From contig ML992503.1 of NCBI GenBank assembly GCA_010093995.1, positions 1,863,328 to 1,927,327 of the forward strand: a DNA stretch of 64,000 nucleotides. Reading direction: 5' to 3'. Below, one piece after another: positions 47,672-61,155 of the stretch (positions are counted from its first letter, which is position 1; each line of letters starts with the position of its first letter). Below the pieces are notes generated by a model, which was not told the DNA's origin, made no database searches, and was given only the letters and a program-made list of their open reading frames with translations. Source of the stretch: Elsinoe ampelina. Its lineage: Eukaryota. Made by a program: the position numbers and the translations under genes.

Positions 47672-49618
47672 ATGTCAAGATCTTTCCCTTACGCATACAT
47701 CTCTTGTCCCTGCGATCAAGATCCGGAATTCCCGGCAGCCACAGCACATGTCAGACGATCATCAGTCTTGCCTATATTGGCAGACGACGAGGATGAAGCA
47801 GACAAGACCTTGAATCCTCACGATGAGAGGTCGAGCTTCTCCCTGTACCCATACGACCAATTACTCTACTGCGATGAATGTCATCAAATTCGCTGTCCAA
47901 GGTGCTGGGCAGAAGAGAACACGCACTGGTACTGCCCGAGCTGTCTGTTCGAAATACCAAGTAGTCTTGTCAAGTCCGACGGAAACAGGTAAGGTGAGCC
48001 AGTGCCCTCGAGATGCGAAAAGCCTTGTCTCTGACAATCATCCAGATGTACAAGGAACTGCTTCAGCTGTCCATTATGCACAGCACCATTATCAATCAAT
48101 GCACTGGATCAGCAAAGCAGGCAGAGCTCAGGTGACACCACTGGTCCAAGTGGTCCTTTCTTTCTAGCATGTCCAGTTTGCGACTGGTCTTCTCTTGATG
48201 CTGGCATCGAGTTCAGCAAGCCTAACAAGATCTATGAACAGCTTTTGCGCATGCGACGGCCGAAAAAGGCTCGACTGGAAGACGACATGCCCGACCGAGA
48301 TGTCAGAGAGGAGACGCCAGGACCAGAGGTTGCGGAGACGACCGACCTCGACCTGCTGGACCACAAGTTCTCGAAGTTGCTCAAATTCTACAAGACGCAG
48401 CTGGCAGAGTCGGACACAGCTGTCAACAATCCTCTTGGACTGGACGCATCGTACTCGTCACCATCAAATCTCGCCCGAATCATGCAGCTGTATGGCGGTC
48501 TCTCAGCAGCTTCACTCAAAAAGGCCAAGGAAAAGCCACAACCGATGCGTGAAGCCCTTACTGCACCAGAAGGACTTACATTGACCATCTCGGAAGAGGC
48601 AATCGTCAGGCAGATACGCGACTCCCCCGACTCCATACCAACCGAGGCCCACCATCAAGCCCATCCATGGAACTCGACTGCCACAGATATCTCCTCACTC
48701 TGGCCCGTTCCCACCCTGCTCGCCACCCGCAAGTCCAAACGCTGCCGCTCATGCCGCCACATTCTCATCCGCCACGACGAACGTAAGCCCACAACCAACA
48801 GCTCCTCGCACAGCGCCTCCACCTCCATCGCCACGTCTCTCAAATACAAAATCCGCCTCCTCGCGCAATCCTTCATCCCCCTCCTCTCCCTCCGCCCCTT
48901 CACCCCCTCTCACCCAGCCACAACCCCTCTCCCCCGCGCCTCCTTCGCCCTGACCACCACCGCCCTCCAAACCCTCCGCGACACAGAAGGCCCCATCCCC
49001 CCTCTCCGCCCAGGCCAAAAGCGAGACTACCTCCTCCTAATCCAAAACCCCCTCTTCGAAACCGTCCGTGTCAACCTAGCCACCCCGGCCATCACGCCAG
49101 GCAAAGTCGAAAGCAGAGTCACCATTCTCTGCCCCAGCTTCGAAATCGGCGCCGACGGAGACGTCTGGGACGCCGCGCTGAGCGACACCACGGGTGGGAC
49201 GGGGAGGACTGGGCGGGGGGAGCGCAAGGGGAGGGAGTTGCTCGGTGGGAGCGGGATGCAAGGCACCAAGGACAAGGATGGGGAGGACCGTGTGCCGGAA
49301 GCGGGGAAGGTGTGGGAGCGAGGGAGGAATTGGGTTGGGGTGGTGGTGGAGGTTGTCCCGGGGAGTTTACCTGTCAAAGAAGAGGAAGGGGAGGGGGAGG
49401 ATGAGGATGAGGATGAGGACTATGATTCGTATCTGCAGAGGGAGAAGAAGGGTAGGATGGACAGGACGGTGAACGATGATGTGTTGGAGATACCGGTGTT
49501 TGTGAGAGCGGAGTGGGATGCGGACGTCGCTGGCGAGGAAGGAGGGGCAAAGGGGCAGAAGGAAAAGAGGGAGGTGGCGTTTTGGTGTGTGCTTGGGGCG
49601 GGAAGGATAGTGCCTTGA
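47672..49618 (+). CDS. Dynactin p62 subunit (DCTN4/RO-2)
   Basis: Motifs LLYCDECHQIRCPRC, YCPSCLFE, RCTRNCFSCP, KSKRCRSCRHIL. Intron 47989-48045. Confidence 0.92.
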
Positions 49619-49809
49619 CGGACAACCAGACACGACCCTGCTCTTGAACAAGCATCGCAAGGAAGTCTGGCAAAGTAGCAGAGCCATGAGGCAAGATAAG
49701 AGGAGAATACCATTTCCCGCATCCTATCCTATCTCTACGCCGGCTCTATACCATGCAACCCCCAAACTCATAGATATATACAATGCCCCGCCTCCCCCCT
49801 TTTCCGTCA

Positions 49810-52560
49810 TCACAACCTCGCCTCCCCCTCCCCCTTGAAAATCGTCGGCGCAGGACTCGGCTCTCCCCCACCCGGCAACACAGGCGGATCCTTCTTCTCC
49901 GGCTCAGGCGGTATCGAGCTCCCATGCCCCTCTCGATCCCCCTTGCTGCCATTGAAATACTTGCTGAACTCCGCCTTGTCGGGGAACGGTCTCGGGCCGA
50001 GCAGCCTGATCATGTCGTCGCGGCTCAGCATTTCCTTCTTGAGCAACTCCTCCGCCACGATGCCGACTTCCTTCTTCTTCTCGCTCAGTAGGTCTTTGCA
50101 TTGCTGGTATGCCTCGTCGACGATGCGGCGGACTTCGGCGTCGATGTCGCGCGCGGTTTCTTCGGAGAAAGGCTTGTGGAGTTGTTGTTGTGCGTCGTCT
50201 TCATAGTACCGGTAGCCGATCTTCGGGCTCATACCCCATTTCGTGACCATGGCGGTGGCCATGCGGGTGACTTTGTTGAAATCGTCCGACGCGCCCGAGG
50301 TGACAGTCGGGAAGTGGAGTTCTTCGCTGACGCGTCCGCCGAGGGTCATGGCCATTCGGTCCATAATTTGGTTGGCGGAGAGGAGGTAGGTGTCGCCCGC
50401 GGGGAGGTATTGGGCGTAGCCGAGGGCGCCGGAGCCGCGGGGAATGATGGAGACTTTCAGGAGGGGATCGGCCCATTGAAAGTACCAGCCGCAGATGGCG
50501 TGGCCGGCTTCGTGGTAGGCGACGGTGCGCTTCTCTTCTGGTGAGAGGACGAGAGACTTCTTCTCGAGACCGCCAATGACTCGCTCAATGGCTTGCTCGA
50601 AATGTTCCATCAGAACGGAAGAGGCGTTACCACGGGCAGCTGCAAAGCGTTAGTAGTCATTCGAGACGCCATCGTAAAGTGTGTACTGACCGACAAGAGC
50701 CGCTTCGTTAACACAGTTGGCAATGTCTGCTCCCGAGAAACCTGGGGTGAGGGCAGCCAGACGTCCTTCCAGATAGTCGGTGTCAACATGAGTCACAATC
50801 TTTTTAAGATGTACCTTGAAGATCTGTCTTCGACCGTCCATGGTTGGTGGATCGATGGCAATGTGTCTGTCGAATCGCCCTGGTCGCATGAGAGCCTTGT
50901 CAAGGACATCGGATCGATTGGTACCAGCCAGCACTACCACCTGTTCAGACGTGTTGAAACCATCCATCTCCGTCAAGATCTGGTTGAGTGTTGCTTCTCG
51001 TTCGTCGTTGCCGCCACCAAAGTTCTGCTTTGACCTCGACTTTCCGATAGCATCAATCTCATCAATGAAGATGATGCATGGTGTGTTCTTTCTCGCGTTC
51101 TGGAAAAGATCTCGCACTCTCGAAGCACCTACACCGACAAACATCTCCACGAACTCGGAACCAGATACCGAGAAGAAGGGAACTCCAGACTCTCCAGCTG
51201 TAGCCTTTGCGAGAAGCGTCTTACCAGTGCCGGGCGGTCCAGAAAGAATGGCGCCTCGAGGAATCTTTGCACCGAGCTTCTGGTACATGCCGGGATCCTT
51301 TAGAAAGCTGACAAACTCCATAATCTCTAGCTTTGCTTCGTCCATGCCAGCGACATCCGCGAACTTGACCTTAACATCGGTTTCGTGATTGAACTTCTTC
51401 GCCCTGCTGCGGCCCATGCCGAAGATGCCTCCAGCCTGTCCACCACCTCCTGAAGCCGCTCTTCTTGACATCCAGAGTAAAACACCGATGAAGAGAATGG
51501 TGGGTCCGAAGCTGAGTACTGTCTCTACCCATGGTACTTCGCGAGCGTATTGGACTGGTATCCGCTCCGAGCTTGGTACACCAAGTTCTGCTTGTGCCTC
51601 ATCCACCTTCCTTTCAAAAGCCTCGACCGAACCGATTGTAAAGTAGTAGTAGAAGTTCTGTTGGGCAGCCGGTGACTCGGGGTACATTGATGCCACAGCC
51701 TCGCGATGTAGGTGTACTCGGACCCGACTATTGTTCAGCACCACGAGCTTCTCCACAAGTCCTTTGTCGAAGAAGGTATTCCTGAATTCTTGCCATGTGA
51801 TCTCACGCGAGTTCTCTGTCGGCATGAATAGTCGGTACAAGAGATATGCTGTGAAACCAGACATCAGGAAACTGCTGAGATCAAGTTTGAATTCCATCAC
51901 GTTCGGTGCGCCTTGCTTCGATTTGCCCTTCTTTCCTCCAGCTGAAGATGGACCTGGATCGTCGGATGACTTCTGCTCTGCCTGACCTGGCTTTGCTTTG
52001 TTGCCGAATCGTTCCTCTGCGGCTTGTTCGGCATACTTGCGTGCCATCTGAGAAGTCAGTCGCCACAACTTTGCAGCCATGGCCGGCGTCACGGTGCCGG
52101 TCTGCATCTCATGGACAGTCTTTCGGAGCTCCTCGGGTATGCCATGGGCTTTCATGTCCTTGATGACCTTTTCAATGTCCTGCGCCATGGATGCCGGCAT
52201 TCCCTTCTTCACGAACTGGAGGACTTCCTCGAGGCGGGCCTGCTCCTTTTCGCTGAGCTTCACGTATCCAGTCTTCAGCTCGCCCTTCTTCCCACTAGTA
52301 GCTTGACTCTTTGATATCGGGCTGGAGTCACCGTAGAGGTGCTCCATGCCAGGTGCCTGCTTGCCATCCTTGCCGTCGACCTTCTTCTGATTTTTTGGCT
52401 CCTCTGGTGGCTGTGTTGCGTACCGTCGAACTATCTGCCTGTTGTACACATGTCTTGGGATGAGTGGCGGTCTTAGCGAAGGGTTCCGAGCTCTACAGGC
52501 AAGTTGTAAATTGCTGGATAGTCTTGTGGCCTGAGCGGTCTGCCGGAGCAGGCGCGTCAT
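49810..52560 (-). CDS. yta12: Mitochondrial m-AAA protease subunit (Yta12/Afg3 family)
   Basis: Walker A GPPGTGKT, Walker B FIDEID, HEAGH zinc motif, two TM segments. Intron 50640-50690. Yta12 versus Afg3 is not resolved. Confidence 0.93.
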
Positions 52561-53039
52561 GACCGTCGTGTGTGGGATGGCGATGGATGCGAAAAGCGAC
52601 CTCACTTGACAAGCAGCAGAGAGAAGAAACTACTTTGATGTTTGTAGCAGTCCGAGTGGTGATGGGGGCGCGTTCGAAGAGGCAAAGTAGACTCAGACCT
52701 CACATCGATGACGAAGAATCGTCTAGCCGAGACTTTCCCGTCCCTGTCCGTGCGGCGGTTCCCGAGATCTGGCGGTGGACACCAGATCTGACGGCGATCA
52801 TGTTCTGTTTCTGCTGCTACGGCCATACATCTTACTCTCATTCTTCCATGTCGTGACACGTGAAACACGAGCGACCTTTTCACATGCTGTGAAAGCTTTT
52901 CGCCACGGCCACCATTAGCGAACCTCGTGGTTACCGTCAACTACCGCCAGATATGTCACGCAGTGGCCGGACTTGTAGAGCTCGTGATCCTTTAGTATAA
53001 TGTTTAAACTGTTTGCTGCTTCAGCTGGGTATCATAAAA

Positions 53040-54079
53040 TCATGCTATCGCCTCTTTTTCCACGCCAGACTTCGCCGCCGCCGCTTGCAAGCTTCTCTTC
53101 AGCCTCCTCTCCAGGTCCTCGGGATCATCGGCCTCTCCATAGACCTCTCGAACAAGGCCCGCAACCCCGTCTGCACCTATCTCGACCTTGCCTCTAGGAC
53201 CGACAATGTACTCGCTGACCTCATCGCCACTCGAATTGTCCTTTACATGCATGATGAACGCGTCCTTTTCCATCTTCTTGAACAACTTTTCACTCGTATC
53301 TACAATGCCGAAGGCAATTGAGTTGGATAGTGCTGTCATCTCGTCGATATTGGCGCGCTCCAGATATCTCTTGAGTTTGGTCTCGGCCAGACTTCCGCCG
53401 CTGAGCATGATTAGACTGACTACAAGGCTGCTCAGTGCTGTATATCGGCTCTCAGATTCTGTTGTTGGAGCTGAAGGTGGAGGAAGGATGTCTGGCGTGC
53501 GATATTCGTCTGGCAGGATGGTCGTCAGAATCCAGGCTCTCTTCTGCCCCGACTGCGATTGTGTCCCTTGTGTATCCGCTTGTGACTTCCTCCCAGGCTT
53601 CTTTCTGGTCTGTGTCTCCGCCCGTCTCTGCTCAGCCTGCATCTCCGCCATTGCTGCCGCCTGTCTTTCTCTCGCCGTGACTTTCTCGCGCACTGGAAGC
53701 TCTACCATTGCCATGCCGAACGTCTCCTTCAGGTGCTGTTGAGCTGCAGCAAAAACCACTTTGAATTGTTTGGTATGACCACCCAAGACCTTTTCCTTGA
53801 TATCAAGTCTCTTGAGGGGTATTCGAGAGTATTCACAGGCAAGTGCCATCCTGACAAGGTTCTTCACCATGAGATCTGAATTACCGGGTCCTTGGGTTGC
53901 ATCGTCCCCGTCATCACCGTATCCTGTGTCTTCATCTACCTCTGATATCCGCGCCCTTTGAGTCTGTGGTCGTGAATTCGTATTGTACTCGTCTTCGTCC
54001 TCTGACTCAGCCTGGACACGTCAAAACGAGTGCTGTGCTTCACAAGCCTTGTGTCACTCACCCTGCGCCGTCGTGGCAT
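53040..54079 (-). CDS. nse3: MAGE-domain Smc5/6 subunit Nse3
   Basis: Motifs VKNLVRMALACEYSRIP, FGMAMVELP, EYIVGPRGKVE. Intron 54012-54061. Confidence 0.88.
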
Positions 54080-54795
54080 GATACAGACTGTAGGTGACGA
54101 GCTCGAAACCTTTCCGTGAAGATGACCAGATGCAGACAAATGGCTGTCAATGTCAATGCAGGACCAATTGCTGGAGGTCAGTCTGCTCCGGTTGCCGAAA
54201 GATTGTTCAGGAATATTGTGCCTTAGGTTGATGAGTGATTCCAGAAGACGCGTCTATCAATTTGACGCGAAAGCGGGGCAATTTCCGCCAAAACCTCCAT
54301 CACAGGCAACTTCACCTCCCTTGCTCTTTGTCCTCCACCAATAACCAAGACTTCCAAATATTGTGGGTGTTTCTTTGTTCGAGTATGCCTCCTCTTCATC
54401 ATAGAGAGGCATGCCTCCAGCGCATCTCTGCCACCGAGGTATCCGACCTCCCCGTACCACACCACATGACCGGAGAGGATGTTTTCGTCGTGCTTACCTA
54501 TATGCGGTCCTTGAATGCAGTATCGATCTACTCGCTATCTGAGGATGTTGAATAGCTGGACCACATGATGTCGACTATGACTCTATTTGTTGACGTGGCT
54601 TCTCTTCGCCATCCGCGTCCTTTGTCGCAGCCCACCTCAGTCTTTCAGCAAGATTCTCGAAAGAACACTCAAAGAGGCCCTTCATATCGGATTTGCTCAT
54701 AAGAGTCCCCCTCGCCTCTCGATGGAAAATCCCCACAATATCATTCGCCGTGCACAATCTGCAACCATTGCAATCCATATCAATCATTAACGGAA

Positions 54796-55728
54796 ATGGC
54801 TTCACAGATTTTGGAGCACCCTGTCTTCAAGGCAGAGTACGAGCGTCGACTCAACTTTGCCCGCCACAAGGCTTTGACAATAGCACTCGGTAGAGGCACT
54901 ATCCCTATCCTAGAGCCCGTTGACAAGCTCGAACAGCTAATGCTAGCATACAGGGCCGGAGTCAGCGAACATCTTACCGAGATTAACAACAGACTGACCC
55001 AGTTCCAAACCCTCGTCGTCGATCAGATACCGGAGCGTCCACCGTTCGTCGGCGGTCTGGTCTACTTGTACATCGACGGTAAAAGGCCGGACCAGTTCCC
55101 CATGGGACCCCTTCAAGCCGTACCCGACAACTTCCGCCGCGCCTTTGCGGACCATGACGAGCGCTACAAGCTTCTCGACATCGAATTGGTCGAGTATGGA
55201 CTGATTGCCATCGCTCTCCGCAATGGTGGTGTCCAACCAGATTGGGACCTCATCCCCGCCTTTATGGAGGAGATGACCCGCTGGATCCGCCGCAACATTC
55301 CGCGAGACAACGACAGAGATATCACGACTGCCGAGGTAGAGGCGCTGGGCAATGCTGCTACTGACATTCACAACCAGTTGCTCGAGCGTCCCAACCCTCT
55401 CTTCCTTGACCCTGCACGTGACTTGGCAAAAGCCCACCACGATGCCATCGAACTATTCGAGCACAGATTACGTTTGGAGCCTGCTCATTGGGCTAGGTAT
55501 TGGATCGACACCGCGCCTAACGAGGATGATCGCCTGGCAATGTATGAAGTGATCAGGCTGGTCCCTGATGCCCCTACAATTGAGGTCTTTCTCGAGCAGC
55601 TGAAGGAGGTGGATGAGATACAAGGACAGCGTCTGGCACGCGAGGTCATGCATAACCGTCGTCCGGTGTATGAGAGGGAGATTGCCTTCCGCGAGAAGAT
55701 CAGGGATTCGCTCGACCAGGGTTACTAG
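54796..55728 (+). CDS. Hypothetical alpha-helical protein (orphan-like)
   Basis: Intronless 310-aa ORF with coding-like codon usage. No family recognised. Confidence 0.6.
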   Translation: MASQILEHPVFKAEYERRLNFARHKALTIALGRGTIPILEPVDKLEQLMLAYRAGVSEHLTEINNRLTQFQTLVVDQIPERPPFVGGLVYLYIDGKRPDQFPMGPLQAVPDNFRRAFADHDERYKLLDIELVEYGLIAIALRNGGVQPDWDLIPAFMEEMTRWIRRNIPRDNDRDITTAEVEALGNAATDIHNQLLERPNPLFLDPARDLAKAHHDAIELFEHRLRLEPAHWARYWIDTAPNEDDRLAMYEVIRLVPDAPTIEVFLEQLKEVDEIQGQRLAREVMHNRRPVYEREIAFREKIRDSLDQGY

Positions 55729-55939
55729 ATTTGCAACTAGATTCTGAGTATACAAATTCTTTTGAACAGAGTATTGTGTGCCACAGAGGCTGCGAGATGC
55801 CAGGGGCGCAAATTCGGCGCCAAGCCCTATCACGTGGAGTCCTCAACTTCGTGAACCTTCACCACTCTCTTCATCCTTCCCATTTCCAGCATCACGTTGC
55901 GCATCGCCACCCGAGACAATTCCGCTTCCTTGATCCATA

Positions 55940-56250
55940 ATGGCCGACAAGCTCCGTACTACACAGCAGCTCGAGGCGCTGCAAAACAAGTACATCGGAA
56001 CGGGCCACGCAGACACCACAAAATTCGAATGGACCTCAAACATCGCTCGCGACAGCTATTCTTCTTACATAGGACACCCACCTTTACTTCAATACATCAC
56101 ACTGGCCACTGGCGAGTCCTCAAGAGAGGAGACAAGGATCAAATTACTCGAGAAAATGGTGCGGCCTGTCGGAGCGCCACCCGAGGTATTATGTCCACAC
56201 ATTTCGTGTTTGCAATACCAGCACTAACATGTTTCTAGACGGAGGGTTGA
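55940..56250 (+). CDS. SF3B5: Splicing factor 3B subunit 5 (Ysf3/SF3b10)
   Basis: MADKLRTTQQLEALQNKYIGTGHADTTKFEW. Intron 56186-56238. Confidence 0.95.
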
Positions 56251-56698
56251 TGCAGTTACGCTTGCACATGCACGAGATATTCCCCGGCACAAGCGTCATA
56301 TGATGCAGCACCAATCATGCAGTCCACACCCGACAAGAACGTGAGCTATATCCACCACCGTTGGTCCTTTGATGAACCGTCTATGCTCTTCCAAATGTTA
56401 GCAGTCGACATCGCACCAACTACCATGGAGGTCACGAAGCGGTCCCGAGAGATCCGAAAGGTCCGCAGGACATGAGATCTGCGGCCTCAATGAGGCATTT
56501 GGAAAGCATCTAGAGAGCCCTCCTAAGCAGTCGCTGATTGATACGAGAACTTGAACTCGATGGCGACAATTTCGAAATGTCATTGCCATCACGATTCACT
56601 CTATCTTTCCTCCCAAACGCCGTGCTGTGCAAGATTCGGCTGATACACATGTGTTCAGTGCGGCTTCCAAGGCCTATAAGCCCTGACAAGAGGCTGCA

Positions 56699-57399
56699 TC
56701 AATCGCTATCACTCGCCGGACCTCCATCATCACTGTCGTCCTGCACCACATCATCTCCTGCCGCTATTGTGAACTCTGCCTTCTGTAACGACTTCCTCAA
56801 CTCGGTATTTCTCGGGTCGACAAGATCGAAAGGCTTCAGCTTCGCTTTGTTTCGTATTCTGCTCCCATTAGCACCTCTTCCCCATCTGTCCAATGCTGTA
56901 CCGTGCTCCTCTGCCCAACCAAATCCTCAAAGCACTCGCCAGTCGGCTCCGGCCTTCCCACGTCCGCAAGTCACTCACCTCGGATCACACCCCGCGTCCA
57001 GCAGGATCTCCACCACCCTCCCATCCTCCTCCCAAGCCTCCTTCCCCTGCTCATTCACCCACCTGACCGCCTTGTGCAAACACGTATCCCCCTCCCTCTT
57101 CTCCTGGCCGTCAATCTCCACTCCCTCCTGGTCCAGTAACACGTCTAGCACTTCGTAACTACCGTACTGTGCGGCAATGTGCAGTGCCGAGCAGCCTAGA
57201 CCGTCGGTAGAGGTGTTGAGGAAGTGGGCGATCTTGTCTGCGGAGGCAAAGGAGGAGAGGACGGACGTCAGGAGGGAGCTGTTGTTGCGTCGGCAGGATT
57301 CGAGGAGGAGTTCGCGAGGGGAGGCACCCTGGACTTTGGTCAGTGAAATGTATGGGCTGAGGGAGGGGTTGGTAGTGGAGGGGATACCTCATCTGACAT
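56699..57399 (-). CDS. Small ankyrin-repeat protein
   Basis: Reconstructed MSDE|GASPRELLLESCRRNN...ALHIAAQYG...GDTCLHKAV...LLDAGCDPR|IRNKAKLKP. Introns 57329-57387 and 56859-56978. Confidence 0.85.
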
Positions 57400-57859
57400 G
57401 GTCGCGGTGGTGTAGGCAGCAGGTTGTGGTAGTGCGGAAGAGAGGGACCAGCAATTGGAAATTGAAGTGATAGTCCTGAACGAAGGTTGCGAGGGCGGAC
57501 AATGGTCGGAAGGAATAGCGAAGCTCAATGATTAAGGGATGTGGTATTTCTAGCAGAGGAACGAAAGGAAGTAAAGCGCTTCTAGATTGCAGGACGGGTC
57601 TACGCGGCTCTACATGCGGCTCGAGTCAGGGACGGCGAACTGTATGGTTGGCAATCGCAAAATGGTCTTCACTCTTCTCGAACAGTCATTCTTGACAAAG
57701 ATTAAACCTTTTCTGAAATTTATTAAAGGAACCTGTTGTGACAAGACTCCATTACTGACATCACGATCTCGTCCGAAATTTTCAGCCTCATACGACCATA
57801 ATTTGAGGTCCAAGCGGGGACAGATATCTCATCTACTTTACTGCAGGCCTTGGGAAATC

Positions 57860-58384
57860 ATGCTGCTCTGTAAGTTGCAGATCGTCTATCATGGCATACA
57901 CAACAACGTATACTGACTCTCGCACTAGTCTGCCCCGTATGTGGCAATCTTCTCACCATCACGGCCGTGCCAGCCGACGAGCTACCAGACAGTGAGCAGC
58001 ACAGGGCAGGCAACAACCACTTTCAATGCCGCACTTGTCCTTACCAGATGGCGTTACAAGGAGTCTTCTACGAGAAGAAGCAAATGGTCGCAAAGGAAGT
58101 AGAGGACGTGCTAGGTGGCGCAGACAGCTGGAAGAACGTCGACAAGCAACCCAACGGTGAGCATCTCTTTGTGGCACGGTGGGAATTGGAAGGCACTGAC
58201 CTTTCCAGTCAATTGTGTAGATCCAAATTGCACGGGCACCGAGGCGTACTTCCGACAGGTTCAGATTAGGAGTGCAGATGAGCCGATGACGACGTTTTAT
58301 AGGGTACGTTAGGTCATTTGAGGGAGGATCGCCACTGACACATACCAGTGCTGCGTCTGCGCAAAGGACTGGAGAGAGAATTGA
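57860..58384 (+). CDS. rpc11: RNA polymerase III subunit C11
   Basis: Motifs MLLFCPVCGN, FQCRTCPY, QIRSADEPMTTFY, C..C..DWREN. Introns 57870-57928, 58157-58208, 58304-58348. Confidence 0.95.
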
Positions 58385-58516
58385 TTCGCTTTGGGGTATC
58401 TAATGCAAATAACGCCACGGCTCACAGCCTCGATGCAGCTAGGACGATCCGGATCTATCACATGTGCCATCCAATCGACGAACCATTCAGCCACGGTTTC
58501 AGCATCGATCTAGATA

Positions 58517-58995
58517 TCATACTTGTCGAGGGGGCGCTTCGCTCGCAGCAAGACCTTCCTCGTACATGCGGTTGACGGTCTCTGGGATCAAGATGTCTTT
58601 CCGGAACTGGTCTTGCTGGAGAAGCTCAAGAGCTTTGAGAGTCGGGCCGGGATATCTGCTTGGATTAGCCAGACCGAGCAGCACACCGACAGAGAGACTG
58701 ACGAGAGATATTTGATGTACTTTGGGTCTTTGAAGTATTGCAAATACTTCAGGTAGGCCACAAATTCTGGGCTATCGAACCATTTCTGAGCTGCGAGATG
58801 GTTGAGGTAGAGTGGATTTGATAATGCTTGGACGAACTTAATATTTGTTAGTGATTTGGACAGAATCGCATCACCGAACCAAGTATTTTCCACGTGAATG
58901 TGATAGACCTCATGGTGAAAAGTACTTGCCTCTAGTTCTAGCTCAAATCTAGTGAAGCCACCATACCGAGGCTCTTTCGTCGTAGTACGCTCCAT
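58517..58995 (-). CDS. soh1: Mediator subunit Med31
   Basis: RFELELE|FVQALSNPLYLNHLA...YLKYLQY...YPGPTLKALELLQ. Introns 58837-58929 (GC-AG) and 58656-58702. Confidence 0.93.
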
Positions 58996-59450
58996 CGTGG
59001 ACTAAAACTCAGAGACAGCGCTCCGACTCAGAGTCGATGATCAGAAATAAATCAAAGGACAAAGCATGTATTGATGTTAGAAATAGCGAGATGGAAGAGG
59101 CAATGCTCAAACGACGCTCGCGATGCGGCTCTTTGACGATGGCTCTTGGCAAAATGAAGCTGAAGCACAATCACCAGCAGGGCGAGGATTAGCAGAACAC
59201 ATCATCAACTAATTCAGTACTCCTGGACACTGCAAGCACCTGATATTGAGGGCCAGACTCACTTGAGGAGCCTTCGCAGACTAGAAGTGACACGATCTCG
59301 AGCGAGAACACAAGCTTGTGGCGTAGACTCAACGACGATCATTCATCGACATGCAAAGCAGTAAGGTCATGTCACAATCACCACCACAATGGCTACCAAA
59401 AATTGGACCGGACCTGAGACCTTTGTTGATGGAGCATCGATCTAACATGA

Positions 59451-60511
59451 TCAAGCCGTCACATTCCGCCGCAGAGCCTCGTACATGCCGGACTCGATCT
59501 GCACAACACCACCATGCCTCATGCCCTTGGGCGTCAATGCCGGATCGCATGGAGTATACGGTACGGTGAAGGTCTCCGTGTAGTAGCACTCATACCCAGC
59601 ATCCGCGCCTCCTGTATAATTGTCCTCCCACAAGTAATACCGATTCGGATTGAGGATATCTCGATAAGCAGCAGCGCCTTCACGAGTCTTGTCTACCGGT
59701 CGGCCGACCCTGTTCCATTGACCGAAAAGCCCGGTATCGGATCGATCCAGGACAATTCTGAGATTCGCCGTGTCGCTGATATATCGGATGTAGGTCTCGC
59801 CTCCCAAGTACTGGATCTCCTGGTCGATGTATGTGGTCGTCACATCTGGCTCCCATCGAGCTGGAGTCGTGAAAGTGACGAAATCGCTGGTGTGTGAGTA
59901 GAAGATGAATGGCCCCTGGGATGGTCCGAGATGGGCAGGATCATTTGCTTGGTAGGTCCGGGACGACCAGAAAACGGCGTAGGCGTCTCGGTCGACATCC
60001 CATATGGCCGATGGAGCCCAGACATACCCGGCAGTGGGTGGCATCAGCTCGACAAGACGATCCTGCGACCAGTTGACACCATCTGCGGACTCCCATACGA
60101 AGATGCTCCTGGATCCGTTGGTCTGAGCAGCATTCCAATTCGTCTTTCCAATGTCAAGATCCGTTGCTAGAACCCAGAGCTGTCAATCATGTCAGCGCAG
60201 CGTTTGGTCAACACTGGGTCGCATACCTTTGACTTGTCTTGTGAGAACAAGATGAACGGATCCCTCGCGCCCTTTGTGCCTTTGGTCGGCACGAGAGACG
60301 GCTGGCCGCCATTCAATCGTGAAAACGTCGATGGGCTTTGTGGGCTGGCCAGGTGGAAGAACACGCTCGGAACATTACCCAGGAATGCCGCAGCAAGATA
60401 TCCAGCTGCTTGCGTCTGTCGCCCTTCAAGAGGCAGAGCTTGCACTGGAGTATGGAAGTTGGTGGCGAGGGCCGCCACTATGGCAAATGCTCGACCTAAG
60501 GAGGATTTCAT
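59451..60511 (-). CDS. Secreted glycoside hydrolase family 43-like protein
   Basis: Signal peptide; GARDPF, LATDL, WAPSAIWD, IDQ, EG, MRHG. Intron 60180-60226. Confidence 0.85.
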
Positions 60512-61155
60512 GGTGGACGGAAGTAGGACTATTATGGAGAATCCCAGGAGAAGTTGGGCCAACAGTATATATAGAACTTACTCTTGACGCTACAGACTTC
60601 GCTTCACAACCACGACATGCACAACAATCCACCTTGTCACGAGGGGCCAAAGATCCTGTCACAAATTTCACATCGCCCGGCGGGACGACCAGACCGTCAA
60701 ACGAGTTGCCGCCTTAGGGTTCCCCGCACCCCACATTGACCCCCGGCTTCCATTGGAATGGTCAAAAGGAAGCCCAACTTTGCCCACCGGAGACTGCTGA
60801 TCTTGGTTAAAGTCCTTGACTTCGTTTACGAGCTATAGGGCAAACTTCCGCTTTCGCAATTGGTCTCGCAGATCTGTCAGTGCCTGACCCGCGTATCATC
60901 ACGGCTGGGTCAGATCTCCGCACTTTAGCCTGCAGCTGAGCTCCACTGTGAGAGAGTACCTGCTGGTAGGTGTCGTAATCGGCAAGAAGTGGTTGCTCCG
61001 ATGGGTAAAGGTTAAGAGTATGTCCTGTGGCATTCGCCTCAATACCAAATATCTCCTTGGAAAATCCTCCTCGATCCTCATTGTGAAGCATTCGCTGTCG
61101 CCAGTTCAATACCCATCCTGAATATTAGCTTGATTTGCCCGTCAGACCTACCAGC

